From positions 4,919,824-4,983,823 of the forward strand of contig MU054391.1 in the NCBI GenBank assembly GCA_013239625.1: 64,000 bases of DNA, in the 5' to 3' direction. This DNA comes from Lama guanicoe (taxonomy: Eukaryota). The notes beneath the pieces were generated by a model. The model was given only the letters and a program-made list of their open reading frames with translations. It was not told the DNA's origin and made no database searches. Each line of letters opens with the position of its first letter. Position 1 is the stretch's first letter. Positions 11,645-25,939 of this stretch are shown piece by piece. Position numbers and translations under genes: made by a program.

Positions 11645-14600
11645 CAAGAAGGAACATATCTATCCCACAGTGGGTGCACAGAGGTTCCTTTATTGTTGAG
11701 TCTCTTCTTAAGGACATCTGATGATGCCAGAACTCTCCCTGCTTCCCTAGCCTCCTAGGCTCTGAGGATCAAGATTCCTGTCTGCCCAGCGGCATCCTCC
11801 ATGCCGCCGCTATGGCCCACACACCTTCAGCCAGCAGCAGAGTGCAGGGCAGAACCTGTGTCGCCCCAGTTTTAGACCTCTGTCCACCTGGAACACGGAC
11901 TTCTCACCACATGTTTGTCCTGACAGTTCCCACCAGCTCATTCACAAGACAGGAGGGCTGTTTTCTCTGCAGTGAATGTCTTGGGCACCCTCTTCGGGAA
12001 GGAGGCTTGACTCAAGTTCCCAGGCACAGTTCTCCTTAACATCTTCACCTGGGAGCCTCGTCTGTCTCCTCTCCAACTCTCGGAAATAGGAACCTGGCTG
12101 ACATGTTTCAGGATGCAGCCCTCCCAGGCCCCCTTCCTGGAGCTGAAACTTAGCAGCTTCGAGCAGAAAAGGAGACAAGCAGGTCATCCAAAGCCTTGCA
12201 ACCACCTGAACGCAGCCCTCAGTCACTCCTGACCTCTCCCCCAATTAAATAACCTCAGTTCCTCAAACTCCCTTCGAAAGCATCACCTACACAGCAAGAA
12301 GAGCGAAACGCTCTGAGCCTTGAGCTGGCGAGGAAGGAACCAGGCTCTCTCCCGACTGAAGCAGCATCTGGGGGGGTGGGAGGCAGAGTGGCTTTATAGG
12401 CGACAGGAGGAACTAAACACTAAGATTTTCATTTTAGTGCAAGTGTCAGCGGCACACCCCTTCTGGGGCAAATTCCCAACATCCTGATCAATCGCAGACT
12501 AGCTCTGAAAACGCTGGTTTTCTTCAGGTGATAAATCAGAAATTTCCACGCATCGTAAGGAGTGCTTCCCAGAAAGAAACTTTTAGAGGCTTATTATGTG
12601 ACTTCAGTGCTTTAGAGGAGTGAGGTGCAAATGAATGAAAAGGGGAATGTGTTTTCCCCCCTCCCTTTTGAAATGGCAGTAATATTCCAAGTGAAGGCAA
12701 TTTCCAGAAGCACATTACCTCTGGGCAATGCGACAGGAAAGGATATCCTACCGAAGCTGGTCATCTAATCGCTCACACTGTACCTGCTTCCCCGCCAGGC
12801 TGTGGTCTTGCCTCATCTTGGGAAACGAGTAAGTCAGAGCTGTGGTGACAAGCTAACGTCTACAACCTTCAGTCTTAGAAAGTCAGTTGAAAGCAACAAG
12901 GGACTAGCTGACGTTCGCACTTCTCTCCCCCTGCTTTCTGTGCACCACATGTCTGAGTGGCTGCGTGGGTCCCCCACGCAGACCCTCCTATTGTCCCGAT
13001 GCACCATTTGGCCGGCAAACCTGGTGGCTGAGAGCTCATCTTCTCAAACCATGTAGTGTCTCCTAGAGGAAGAATGTGTGTCGATTAAGGTAAACAAACT
13101 TGTCAGTGAAATAAGCCAATCAAAATTTGCCATCAGTATATACGTCCAGGTCCTTTTCTTTCTCCCAATGTCGTGGATACCTGTGACCTGGTTATGTGTC
13201 TCTTATTCATTGTCATCTTATTTCTGCTGAGAATAAAATTGATTCAGTCAATGAGCGTTAATTGAGGACGTCTGGGTGTTTGGCAGGTGCAAAGTGCCGG
13301 GGAAGCCTGTCACAGGATGCACCAAGCTGATCCCCTGGAAGCTCACTGCGTCCTGGGGAGGCAGAAACAGCAACAACCTGGTACGAAATGCTCCCCGGGC
13401 TCTTTATGCCTGGGGGGCCGGGGAGGGCTCTACACGGGGCAGGAACGGGCCTCTTCTAACTGCAGGGTGGGCCATAAAAGCCCCTCCACATCTTAAATGA
13501 GAGATCTTCCAGGCTAGACCGGGGGAGGGGTGCAGGTCTCCAGGGCGGTGGCAAATTTTCCCTTTGCCCAAGATTTGGGCAAAACCCAAAGAACACAAGG
13601 AGCTATGTATCCCCGAATTCTTGGAAAGCCTCCAACAACAGGGGGGGCTTATAGGAAGTGGCACAGTCTGATGACTCCCCAACACCCCTACACCCCTCGC
13701 CCCCTCCTCCTAGCAGCCCAAGAGAAGAGGAAGGGGCGGGCTTGCCCTGGGGGCCACCGTGCTCCTGGTGAGAGGACCCCTCCCCTCCTGGCTCTGAGGG
13801 CATCTCTGCGGAAGACCGGGGCACCTGGCAGAGCCAGAACCCTGCTCCTGGGGCGGACGTCTGCCAAGGATGCAGGGTTCAGAGTGGCTGAGAGACCTCT
13901 GTTTCTCAACTGTAATTTTCAAAACAGCACAAAGTGACCTTCGGGGCTCGTTTTTGGCAGTAACATTTTTATGAGTCGATGAACAACATAAATTAGATAT
14001 CCAGGCCTGATCAAGCCACAGGCACCTTCACTGGGACTCCAGGCAGTGTCCACCGCTTGAGTCCTGGACTTCCACCTGGCACTTCCGCCTCCTTTTCTTC
14101 CCCGACCAGAGGCTCCTTAGTGCCGCCTCCCGACGCCGTCGGGTGGGCTGGGCTAGAAGCCCGGGGGCCACGGCAGCAGCTGAGCCTTCAGCTGGAAACA
14201 CCGTCACGCGCTCAGCTCCCTTTCGTCCAGTCCAGTTCGGCCTGGTCCCCAGTGGACTTGATGACACTTGGTTGTAAGCTATGGGTGCCAAGCTGTCCCC
14301 TTTGAGTGTGCCTTCAGGACACAGGGGTCACTGCCCGGAGGCTCTGGGTGTTTATGTTGAAACCTGAGGGATGAGGGTGGGGGCAGAGAAGCAGTCGCGG
14401 CTCCTCCCACGTTCCCTCCCCAGCCCAGGGCGGCATGAGTGTCAGAGCCGCCTGGGGGGCTGGTGGGAAGAGACCTCTGGGCCCCCTCCCCAGGGCTTCT
14501 GATTCAGCCAGTCTGGGGTGAGGTCTGAAAATTGGCGTCCCCGACAGTTCCCAGCGGCACTGATGTCATGGGCCACACTCTGTGGGCCACTGCCCCGTGC

Positions 14601-15216
14601 CCTGGTGGAGACCGAGGTAGTTCTGCCCCTGGACACGGCTCCACCTGGAGCAATGAAAGCTCCCCCTGCCCAGGGCCACGCACCACCGCCGTCCCCCTGC
14701 GGAAGAGCTCACAGGGCGCCCCCGGGAAGCGGCCTGGCCCGGCCTGGCCCAGCGATGCTGGCTCTGAGGGTGATGCTCCGGGGGAGGCGGCCCCAGTGGG
14801 CCAGGGAAGATTTTAGAGGAAGTGACTTTTGAGACTGAAGGACAAAGAAGGGCCAGGCCAGGAAAGGGGGGGTGAAGGGAGTCCCTGAGAGTGGGACAGG
14901 CAGGCGCACACCCCACCAGGCTCAGGAGAGCTCAGGGCCCCAGGGAGCCGCGAGCAGTCCTGGCAGCAGCACCTGCGAGAGGAACAGGGGGTGACAGCTG
15001 GGGCTGGAAGGGGGCCGGGGCGCACCCTGGGTTCCTCAGGACAGTCAGAGCCTGGACGTCATCCAGAGGGCTGGGGAGCTGGGAGGGACCAGAGGGGAAG
15101 GTGTCTGCCAGGGTCCCGGGCCACTATGACTTCCCAAAGGGAACGGCCCTCAGAGGGGCCAGCTTCAGGGACCCAGGGACCCAGGACTGAGGCGGGGAGT
15201 AGATGGGTGGGGGGAC

Positions 15217-15541
15217 GCTTAGCTCAGGCTGCTGTCACAACATACCACAGACTGGGTAGCTTAAATGACGATCACTTATTTCTCACAGTTCTGGAGGCTG
15301 CAAGTCCAAGAACACGAGGCAGGCAGATTCGGTGTCTGGTGGGAGCCGTCTCCTCCTGTGGGGTGGGGGGTGTGGCTCGCTGGTGACTCTTCTTATCAGG
15401 ACCTGACTCCATCATGGTGGTCCCCACCTCAGGACCTCATCAACCCTGATCACCTCCCAAAGGCTCACCTCCAAAACCATCACACTGGGGTCAGGGCTTC
15501 CACATAGGAATCTGAGGAGGACACAAACATTCAGTCCATAT
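15217..15541 (-). mobile_element. MaLR LTR (MLT1A-like)
   Basis: TACCACAGACTGGGTAGCTTAAA...TTTCTCACAGTTCTGGAGGCT...ACAAACATTCAGTCCATA. Confidence 0.8.
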
Positions 15542-18529
15542 GGGGGGAGGGGAGAGATCAGAGCTGGAATTTACTTAAGTTTCCAAAGGGCTTTACATAG
15601 GGGGGAAAACCAGCACCATCCAAGGGAAACCGTGACATCTCTGCGAAGGCCTGTGCTGCCTTCCCTCTGCCCACCGGCATGCTGGTTCTGATAAACAGCA
15701 GGTCACCTGTAAACACAATTTTCTTTCCAGAAGCAAGCTCAATGGGGGTACTGTTGGTTAAAAATTAAACAAAATGAAACTCCAATCATGTGAGCATCAC
15801 ATTTTTTTAAAAAGCAACTACTGGTTTTCTCTTGATCCCGACAGGATCAGAAAGCACTTGGAATCATTCCCTGACGGTCAAAATTCATTGGTAAATGGTT
15901 ACACAGTCTGTGCTCAGCTGTGGATGGACTGGACTTCCGTGTCAGCGCCAAACTCCTCAGCTTTTCCTTCTCCCTGGAATTCCTTGCTCAGCACACATTT
16001 TCCAGGACAGACGCGGGCCTTCTCATCGCCTTGTTCTCAGGCGACTTGGGGGGAACAGGAGACACTGAGTTCTTGGTTTAAAATGAGAATCAGTAAATGG
16101 ACTTTGATGTAGAGAATTTTTCATCACAGCCAACGTTTCCAATGCATCTCCATTCATTCCTTCACATGCTCCGTGCCGCACACAGTTGTAGGTACTGGGG
16201 TACAGGGTGAGGATGCCCTAGGCCCTGCTCTCCCAGGCTTTATTGTGTGAGAACATTCCGAGGGTATTAGGGACTGTTCAAAGAGTCAGAACAGGTTGAC
16301 AGGAGAGAGGGTTATGGAAAGCCACCTAACCTGTCTGCCTCTGGGATTAACCCTGAGCCCAAGACTGACTCTTCGGTGCCGCTCCCTTAGGACCAACCGA
16401 CATCCCGCAAAACCTCCCCACACCAGTCTCGCCAGTCTCGAGTCCTCTGTCCCAGGCCCTTCAAACATCCAGCACAGAGTCTAGACATTAAAACGAAACA
16501 CACAAAATAAAACCCTCTTCCAGTCTTTAAGCTCCACTTTATGACTTGAAAAGCAAAATCTTTCTAAAGCATAACAAGTTTCTTCAGCTGAAGAAAACAG
16601 CGAACTCTAAAAGGCGAGGAATCCAGTGGCTGCTCTCTGTCACATGATCACCAAATACCGAGAAACCATCCCGGGACCAGGGGGCCAGCCCAAAGCAGCC
16701 GCTTCAAAGACACTGCTCTTTAACGGAAGGCTTAACACAGTGACCCCAGAAACGCGGGGGGGAAACAGTCCCAGAGCTCAGGAGCTCACACTGGCTTTCC
16801 AAGGAGGTCACCAGCGTGGCCTTCCCGACGGGATTCGCAGCGTCAAAATCCCATCTGTAGAGTCTGCCAAGTGTCGGCGGCTGCGATGGCCTTTCAAAAG
16901 AGCCAGACTTCGTGCCACTTCGAGAGGAAAAGAAAAGAAGCTAAAGATTCACTAAGCTTAAAAATTTTAAATAAAGGGTAGCTTTCCCCCCAAATAAATC
17001 AAGCTGATACAGCCATGGGGACAACTGCAGCAGACGGAGTGAGCTGTCTCCCAGGTCCCCTGGCCGCTCTCCTTGTCACGGGAGGAAGAGACGCCGCAGT
17101 TACTGCCTCTTCCTCCTCCTCTCCGCCCAGCCTCTGAGCCACTGCTCTGCCCTGGGGAAGATGCCTTTCCCAACTTGTCCTCTGCATCCTTGAGCTGATC
17201 TCTCCAGTTTGGGTGTGAGGAAATCTGGGCCTTTTCTTCCCCCTGTTGTGTTCATTCACAAGGGTTTTGCTAAACAGTGTGAATGTTGACCGTATGTTGA
17301 TTGTGTGGCAAAATATCCTGGGTCCCCTAAAAAGAGTCAGATTGCTGAGTCATGCTGAGTCACTCGCCCAGAGGAATCCTGGGGGGGCATCAGAAACAGC
17401 TGGGGCAGCCCAGTGCGCGGCCAGCCTTCCTCGGAGGGACGGGCGCGGGGGGTGTGGACGGCGGGGCTGGAACAGCCTGGCTGAGAGCCCGCAAACGGCC
17501 GAAGCACCGCGGCTCTTACAAAAGAGCAAAGTCCTGTTAACGTTGAATTTCTAGAACTCTGCCTCCAGAGCAGAATCGCCGAGCTGGAGCCAGAGCAGCG
17601 AGCAGGACTAAAGACACTTGTAAACAGAAATAGCACTAAATGGGGGAAAAAAAGCAGGATTTGATCACTATCAAAACACAAGGATTGCTTCAATGTGTAT
17701 TTTTCTTAACTTGTCCTTTGCTGTCTCTCACACTGTACGACTGTCATTCACAAGTCAACGAACTGATTTATTTTGATTATAAGGAACTGTGTTTTTAAAT
17801 GCAACACGGGTAAGCGTGAGTGGTTATTTTCTGTCGTTCCTTCAATGTCCCTCAAAATCAGAACTTTCATTAGATGACAAAATGGTCACTTCTCCTCACC
17901 TTATGGCCATGAGGATCACCTGGGGGACTTCCTCTAAAACGCAGGTCGCAGTGATAATTCCACATCTGCTAAGAAGCTGGGGCGGGGTCTCGGGAATGTT
18001 TCTTAAACGTGACCCCAAGATTACCTAGGAAGCTTGTGAAACAATTCAAAGGGCTTGGCCCTACTTCTCACTCTACCCTTTGATTCTTATGGGATAGGTA
18101 GAGGTGGGGGGTCTACAACCTCATGTTTTCTAGAAGCTTCCAGGTCATTCAAGTTGGGTTTCCCCTGGCTGTGCTCTCAAGAACAAAACAGCAAAGTCCT
18201 GTCACTGCCTAGATGACCCTCAGTTTCTGAGCAGACATGGAAATGTTGCCTATGGGTCTTCGTTACTCTCTTCCCTTCAGGAATAACTTTCTATTTTCCC
18301 CACATTTGACTGAAAGATGCAGGGATAGCGTATCCATTATCCCTGCTTTGCTGCCTAATCCTGACACTTAGAGGCTCTGTGACCTTAGACTTGTTACTTA
18401 ACCTCTCTGAGTCTCAGTTTCAGACTCATACTAAAAGAGAGCACCTGAAGCTGTAGCTGCTTCCCTTGGGTTGTTGTTGGGATCGGGTACACACCCTCCT
18501 GCAGGCCTGGCGAGTGCCTGTCCCTCTCC

Positions 18530-18880
18530 TGCTTTACTGCATTCAAGTTCCAGCCATGTGAGCAGGGAGACTTGCTTTCTTCAAGTCTCTGCTCAAATGT
18601 CACCTTCTCCATGCAGCCTACCAGGACCACCCTATTCAAAACCGTTACTCCACCCTTGCTGCCGGCACTGTTCGTTCACATCCCTGCATTACTGTTGCAG
18701 CCTTCATCATTTTCTGATAAGCTCTGTGATTTACTCACCAATTTTGTTTCTTTGTCTCTGCCTGATAGAATGTAACATCCTGGCGGTCAGGAATTTTTGT
18801 CAGTTTTGTTCACTGATGATTCCTAAGTTCCCAGAAGAGTGCCTGGCTCATAGTAAGTGCTCAGTGAATACTGGATGGAT
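18530..18880 (+). mobile_element. L2 3' end (preceded by a MIR fragment at ~18340-18440)
   Basis: CTGCTCAAATGTCACCTTCTC...GTGCCTGGCTCATAGTAAGTGCTCAGTGAATA. Confidence 0.7.
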
Positions 18881-19020
18881 GGATGGATAGATGGAGAGGT
18901 GGATGGATGGATGGATGAACAGGTAATGGATAGGTGGATGGCTGGCTGGCTGGATGGATGGATGGATGGGTAGGTGAATGGGGGAATGGATGGTTGGGTG
19001 GGTAGATGGGTGGATGGATG
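18873..19020. repeat. (GGAT)n degenerate tetranucleotide array
   Basis: Directly visible; grows out of the L2 tail. Confidence 0.9.
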
Positions 19021-19899
19021 CCTGCCTTTGAGCTGTACCTCATCTGAGCCACCATTCACACTGGCTGCATGTCTGAGCTTGGAAAACCTGTCTTCCTTTC
19101 CAGCTGAGGTAAGATTTGATTACTCACAAGCCAGTGACTTCCCTCTTTAAAACCAACTTTGCTGTTTTATTCCTGACATGTTTTCACCAGATCTGTTTGC
19201 ATGCTCATTAACTCATGTAAACATTAATAAAAAAAAAACAGCTATGAAAACAGCCTCCTACATGTTTCCCCTTTCAGGTATAATTATGTGAACACACAGC
19301 ACATACGTGGTGGAGAAATCCCCTTTACTGGGCTTCCAAATGACAGCTCCTCCCTGGGAAGACACCAAATCCCAGATTTTTACCTCTCCCCTTCCAACCC
19401 CCTTCTGTTCTGCTTTCTGCGTAATTCAAGGTCCTCAAGCAAGACGAAGATATCAGAGCCCCTTCCCGGACACAGCAGCCAACCAGACCCATTCCCACCG
19501 CAAGGCAGCCTGGAAACTCAGCCATGCCTTTAAAAGTGCTTGTCAACCAGGACGATATTCCAAAATGTTTATTTCCGCCCTCGCTGCACCCTTTCCACAA
19601 CTGCTCATCTGTTCACAAATAAACACTTAGTGCTGCCGAACACGATGGCGAGTGGCTTCTATCGTCCCCGTCCCACCCAGTTCCGGCGTCCCATCCCGCA
19701 CGTTCCTGCTACACCCCCTCAGCCATAGAAGCAGCTCTGACACGGGCCTCGGGGTCCCGCAGCAACAGAGAACCAGACTCGCGCTCACTGAGGAGGAGAC
19801 CGGCCTCCAGGCACTACACCAGTTTACTCTTTCCCTGATCGTACGACTGGGCTCCACTTCCAGCCTCCCTGCGGTCAGGTGTGGACATGAGACAGCAAC

Positions 19900-20094
19900 C
19901 CGGTGGTTCTCAGCCAAGGCAATTCTGCCCCCAGGGGACACTTAGCATTGCCTGGGGACAGGTTTGGTTGTCGCCATTGCGGGGGATGCTACTACAATCT
20001 AGTGGGAGAGGCCAGCACATGCCCCGCTCAGGACAGCCCCCCACAACCAAGACTTACCAGCCCAAGTGTGAGCAGTGCCGACACCGAGAGATCC
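19900..20094 (+). mobile_element. MER20-like hAT DNA transposon
   Basis: GTGGTTCTCAGCC...TGCCCCCAGGGGACACTT...TTTGGTTGTC...GGACAGCCCCCCACAAC. Confidence 0.75.
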
Positions 20095-20531
20095 GGTTCC
20101 CACCAGCTGGATGTGAGCTCAAGTGCTGTGAGCCAGACCCAGCTCTCTCCCCTTCTGCAGTTTCCATGGACACAGCAGAGCCTGGGTCTCTGAGTCACCA
20201 CCTGGAAGAGAGACACCTGCCCATCACTGACACCCACTTTGGACTCGGAGGGACAGACAGACACTGCGCTTGAGCCGAGTCTGAGTCAGCAGATGTGACC
20301 TGGGGGATTTCTGGAGATGTCCTACCTCACGTGGGAGAGAGGTTTCCGGGGGATTTCCCTGGACATCGATTTATAACAGAAACAATGAGCTAGCCTATGC
20401 AAAGGGATGGGGGCAGGGGTGGCCTGTGGACCTATACATCTGTGAGGGACTTTGGAAATTGCAGCTTTTCAAATAAGTCCTCTAATGTTCACTTCTGTCC
20501 ATTCTGGCCCCACAGGACTCCAAATCAGAAC

Positions 20532-20872
20532 CTTTTTTCTTAATTGAAGTGTAATCAGTTTACAATGCTGTGTCAATTTCCGGTGTACAGCATCTTGTTT
20601 CAGTCATACGTATACATACATTTGTTTTCATATACTTACTTCATTATAGGTTACTACAAGATAATGACTAGAGTTCCCCGTGCTCTATGGTAGAAACTTG
20701 CTGTTTATCTGTTTTATATGTAGTCGTGTGTATCTGCAAGTCTCCGACTCCAGTTCATCCCTTCTCGCCCCCATCCCCCCTGGTCACCATGGTTTGTTTT
20801 CTGTCTCACTTACACGTGGAACTTAAAAAAAAAAACTCACAAATGAACTTATTTACAAAACAGAAACAGACT
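20532..20872 (-). mobile_element. L1 3' end with 5' inversion (twin priming)
   Basis: TSD CAAATCAGAAC at 20521-20531 and 20873-20883. Antisense L1 3' end to ~20802, then a sense-oriented upstream L1 segment. Confidence 0.75.
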
Positions 20873-23699
20873 CAAATCAGAACTTTCACACTCTGCAGTC
20901 TGTAAGTTTAAAGACATCTTCTCCCCCAGGCATCTTAACTAGTCAGAGCTCAGTGACAAGTAAAAACCAGTTCCTGCGTCTTTACAGATGTCTCAGTTCT
21001 GTCACAAGCTTGCTGCTGTCACAGTGACCCTTTACAAGAAGGTTTAGATCTAGCAGATAAAATACAGGGACCCACTCATATTAAAAAAAAACAAAGTATT
21101 GATTGTCGTTCTGAAGTTTCAATCAGAGGAGCTGTGCTGCATTTTATCTGGTCACCCTCCTTCCTGAGCACTTGAATTCCTCCAGGTGTCACACTTGGTG
21201 CACGATGGATGTTCAAAATACCATCCAGAGCAAGGGGCTCTCGGCATCCACGTCCTCAGACAGGATCAGAAGGGCCAGCGCTCTCCCTGCGTCACACGCC
21301 ACCTGCGTGGCCGCCGTGCCAGGACCCGAGCAGGCTCACTCCAGGTGCTCCGGCTCTCCCGGCGGGGTACGCTGTTCCCAGGACGGCCTGGGCTCAGGGA
21401 TGCTCCATCTTCAGCATCATTCCTTCCAGCCCCACTGACGGCGTGGCCTTTATCTTCTAACAACCACCATCAGCCCATAAGGGGACCTTAAGACACAGTG
21501 AGGATGGTTAAGAATATTTTATTTCAAAATCATGTTTCGAACTGTCATAAAATATCCACTGTAAACGTCTCCTTTTTCAAAGCAAGCATTTCTCCCGGAG
21601 ATGATTAAATGATCTGATACACCTTCAGAAAGCTTTAGGAAGTAGCTCAGGGCAAACATTAGACTCTTAAGTCAGACAGGCGAGGGTCCCGATTCTGGCT
21701 CTGTCTCCTGGCTGTACTGGCAGGACAGGTTATGGGGCAGCGTCCTGGCAGGGGAGCCGGGAGACCGCACCCCGAGGGTCTTGTGGGGCTTAGGGATATT
21801 GGGCCACAAAAGGGCTTGAGCCAGACTTGCACCCGAGTGAGGCAGCGCTCCAGGTTGCCCACCACCAAGAGGGGGCAAAGGCCTGGGGGGGGGGGGCCTC
21901 GGCCTCCCAACCCAGCAATTCTCAGGCTCTGTGGTCTCAGCTGAGCCAGCAGACCCCACCTCTGCCCAGTGTCTGTGACCCAGGACCACAGCAGTGCCAC
22001 AGGGCCCAGCACATCCCAGTCCTGCTCCTCACACAGGCACTCATTTGTTCCCCATCCAAAGGCTCTCCCACTTCGCACACCTCCCTGGTTGGACAGCGAC
22101 GGGAGAGCAGCCTGGGCTTCAGCCCCCACCCCATCGGACACCCGGCCCTGCAGCCCGGCTCCCTGCATTCAGCCGCTTCCTCTGTAAAATGGAAAGACCC
22201 TGTTGGTCAGCGTGAGAGTCGGAGAGAACGCCGCTGCTAAGTCTGCCCTGTGAGTCAGTGCTGGGAGGTGCTCTGAAAAGACGCAGCTTTGAGGTCAAGA
22301 GCAGATGGATCGCACACCTGTGCCTCGCTGGCTCCATCCACGGCCTGGGGGGTGGGCGGACCCTCAGCAGCGCAGGTCACAGGCTGCGCTGGCGGGAGTC
22401 ACAGGTAGCTCTGGTGACCGTGCGGGTTCTGACTCAGTGGGTCTGGGCTGGAGCCTGAGTCTGCCCGAGACGGCCGGCCTCCGTGCACCCAGGATGCGGG
22501 TTCTCACGCCGTGCTTTGAGGAGTAAGGCTAGAGTTTAAGGCTCCCGTCCAGTCCCCCATCTGATCTGATGCAAGTAGAGGAGCCGGGAACCCAAGGTTC
22601 ACAGTGACTCACTGAGGGCACACTGAGACCAGGGAAAGATGCTCACCAAGCAAAATTTTGGAAATAAAGTGTGAGATTAAAGCCACCCCCTCAAAGACAA
22701 GGGTGCCGGCTCGGGGAGTGCGGGGTGGTGAGAGCCCTCAGCTCCAACTTCCTCCCTCATCCCCTCTGCCACCCCGGCACGGCAGCAGCAGCCACCGTGA
22801 GGACCAGGACACTGCACTGCAAGAGTTTCGCTCTTCTGCATTCCTACGGTGGCTCCTCTCTGGGAAAGCGGGGCTCGGGATTTCAAAGCCAGCCCTGAAG
22901 AACTGGAATTGCCTCAGCCCGCTCCCGACTCCTCTCCCAGGACCGGAAATGGCCACACTGGGATGGCATCACAGGAGGACAGACGGAGGCTTTCTGGCAG
23001 CTGCCGAGAGCCACTGCCTGCAGGGCTCCCACCCGCCTTTCTAGGTATTCAAACTTTACATCTTCCGGCCAACAGTGCCTTCCGCGGGGTAAACAGTGTC
23101 CCAAGAGTCCCTGGAAATCAAGTCAGAGAGACGATGGGACAAAGAGCCCCGCCCTAACCAGCAAGCACAGTATCTCCACACTCAAAACCTTCATGACGTG
23201 TGAAGAAAAACTGCCAAAATCATTTAAAACCTTGAGAGGTGATGAGATGTTTCTATGAGATGGTTTCTGGAATGTCTGGGGGCATCAGATGCTCTCACTA
23301 CCCCACCAGAGAAGCTGGGTGGGAGCACAGGTGGCCACTTTCCCCCTCATCCCCCTCAGCTTTCCCACGCTCTCCAGAGCCCTGGAGTCAAGCCATGTAT
23401 CCTCCTTTGTTTGAGCCCAAAATACATAGTCATCACACATGGTTATAAACTCTACAGTTTAGGGGCACTTTAGCAGGGATTCTTATTGGTTAAAAATGGA
23501 CCCACACTATAAACCTGAGTTTATACCGGTTATCACCGCAGGATGGTGCTGCAGAGCATGAGGTGGAGAGCAGGGGCATTCACCTCGGCTAGCCAGCAGT
23601 GAGCCCCTCCGCACTGTCAGCAGAGACCACCCGGGAGCCTGGATTTCCACCAGTGCAGGTGGAGACCACTGTGGGAGGTACCTCTCCCCCTCCCAGCCA

Positions 23700-24790
23700 G
23701 GGTGGTGTCAGCAGAGACCTGCTCTAATAGAAAGTTTAATTAAGATTGAGAGCCTAATTGAGACCCAGGTTTCAATGAAGATCACTCATCATACCAACAA
23801 CCAGGAAACACTCAACTTGAATGAGAAAAGACAACAGTAGCCAACACCGGGTTGACATGATGTTGAAATTAGCGAATAAGGATTTTATAATAGCCATCAA
23901 AAAAGTCTTTCAATGAGCAATTATGACGTTGCTCAAAAAAAAGGAAAAATTTGAAGATTTCAGCAGAGAAATAGAAGATATAAAGAAGAACCAACTTTAG
24001 AACTGAAAAATACAATAGCCAAAGCAAAAACTTCACTGGATGAGCTCAAAAGCAAAACGAGGACAGAGGAAAGAATCAGTGGACTTGAAAACAGAAAAAC
24101 AGAAATTCCTAAATTACCCAACTGGCACAACAGAAGAAAGATGACTTAAAAAAAAAAAAGACACAGCCTCACAGACCTGTAGGAATATAACAAAAGATCT
24201 AGTATTCCTGTCGTCAGGGCCCTGGAAGGAGAGGAGAAAGAGGGAGGGGCTGAAAAGGATGTGAAGAAATAATGGCTGAAAACCTTCCCATTTGGCAAAA
24301 GACTTAAACCTACAGAGTCAAGAAGCTGAGGAAACCTCAAACTGGAAAAACACAGAGAAATCCATGCCAAGGTATATCATGGGCAAATTTCTGAAAACTA
24401 AAGATAAAGAGCAGGGAGAAACACGCCTTATCTGTAGAGGAAAAAGCAATTCGAGTAATAGATGTCTCATCAGAAACCACGGAGGCCAGAAGGAAGTGTC
24501 CCAACGTATCAAATGCTGAAAGAAAAGAACTCCAGCCCAGAACTCTAGATTCAGCAAAAACATCCTTCAGGAATCAAGGGGACAACAAGACCTCAGATGC
24601 AGGAAAACTAAGAGAACTTGTCACCACCAGACCTACCCTTAGAAAATGGCTAATGGACACTCTTGAAACAGAAAGGAAATTATCGAAGAAAGAATACTGG
24701 AGTATTAGGAAGAAAGACAGAACAAGGGAGAAAGTTAAAATGGGAGTAAATATAATCAACTTCCCTTGTCCTCTTGAGTTTTCCAAAGAC
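23700..24790 (+). mobile_element. Old L1M fragment (ORF1 region)
   Basis: A-rich strand with L1 ORF1-type motifs (AAATAATGGCTGAAAACCTTCCC...CAAGAAGCTGAG, CTCATCAGAAACCACGGAGGCCAGAAGGAAGTG, CCAGACCTACCCTTAGAAAATGGCTAA). Confidence 0.8.
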
Positions 24791-25939
24791 AAATGAAAGG
24801 GACTTCAAGAGGTCCAGGTGGCTCATTCTCACCCAGAGGCAAACCACTTCACCTGCGGGGTTGATTTAAGAGGCCAGTTACTTACCCGAAGCTTCTCAGC
24901 CTGCAATGCCTGCGCCAGCTGCACCAGCGTCTCCCTCAGACTGTTTCCTGGGTTTCTCTCCAAACCCAGTCAATCAGAATTTCTAGATGTGGGCTCCAGG
25001 ACTCTGTTACATACACCAAGGTACGACATCCTCAGATCCGAGTAGAGCTTTTGTTCAAAAATAGTCAGGCTCAGTCACTCATTGTTAACTTCTGAGGACC
25101 ATGAGAAGAAGTGTTTTATAAATTCCCTGCAGGACTGGAACAAATTCCAAGATAAAACAGTAATCAATCCCCAGCCTGGGGTCAAGGTCACACATCTCTC
25201 TGCATCATCACAGGCTGATGTTCCAGGGAGGGTGGGTCCATAGAGGGATCCGTCATACTTCTGTGCCTCAGTCTCTTCCCCTATAAACTGGGGACAGCAT
25301 CTGCCTTTCCCAACTCATGGGGTCCAGGTGAAGAGCAAAACAAGAGAGCTGTGATGGGTTTATATATGGTGATTCTTACCCAATGTGAATGCCTAATCTC
25401 TTAACCAGGGCCATCGTGTTGCTCTTTTTTCTTTGAAATGGGATGTCTCTGAATTTTTCACAAAGACTCCAGGAATAAAATGTACCACTTAACCGACCTT
25501 TCCTCCAGGGTCCCACTGATAGTCAGCCCCAGCATTGCTACAGATGAGGACCCTGGCATCAGCAGAGTGGGGAAGACAGCAAGGCCCCCCCAAAACTGGC
25601 AGTGGGTGCTCAGGGGCTGTTCCTCCAGGAGCCCCCACAGGTCCCTCTACTGGCTGGGTCCCCAGCACTCACCTGCCTGAGAAGGCAGCCCCAAGTCCTA
25701 ACACCTCCTAGGACAGGAGTAGCTAGCAGTGACACGTGACAGACATCAGGGGACTTGCAGAACGCTCACGTATTTCCAACTGGGGAGAAGGAATATTGTA
25801 AATTGTCATCCTGGGGGGAGTGGGATGCTAGGATCTGGGAGTGAAAGCCTCAAAGACGTGGGGATCGAGGAGTGGAAAGAGGGGTCTCAAATATGTTAAA
25901 AGCAGTCTCTCCACCAGCCAACTTGAGAGGCCAGTGATG

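Noticed and set aside
248..25900. Numerous 60-184 aa ORFs in the upstream region
   Set aside because: GC-rich intergenic and repeat-derived DNA with many non-ATG starts; no recognisable domains or consistent exon chain.
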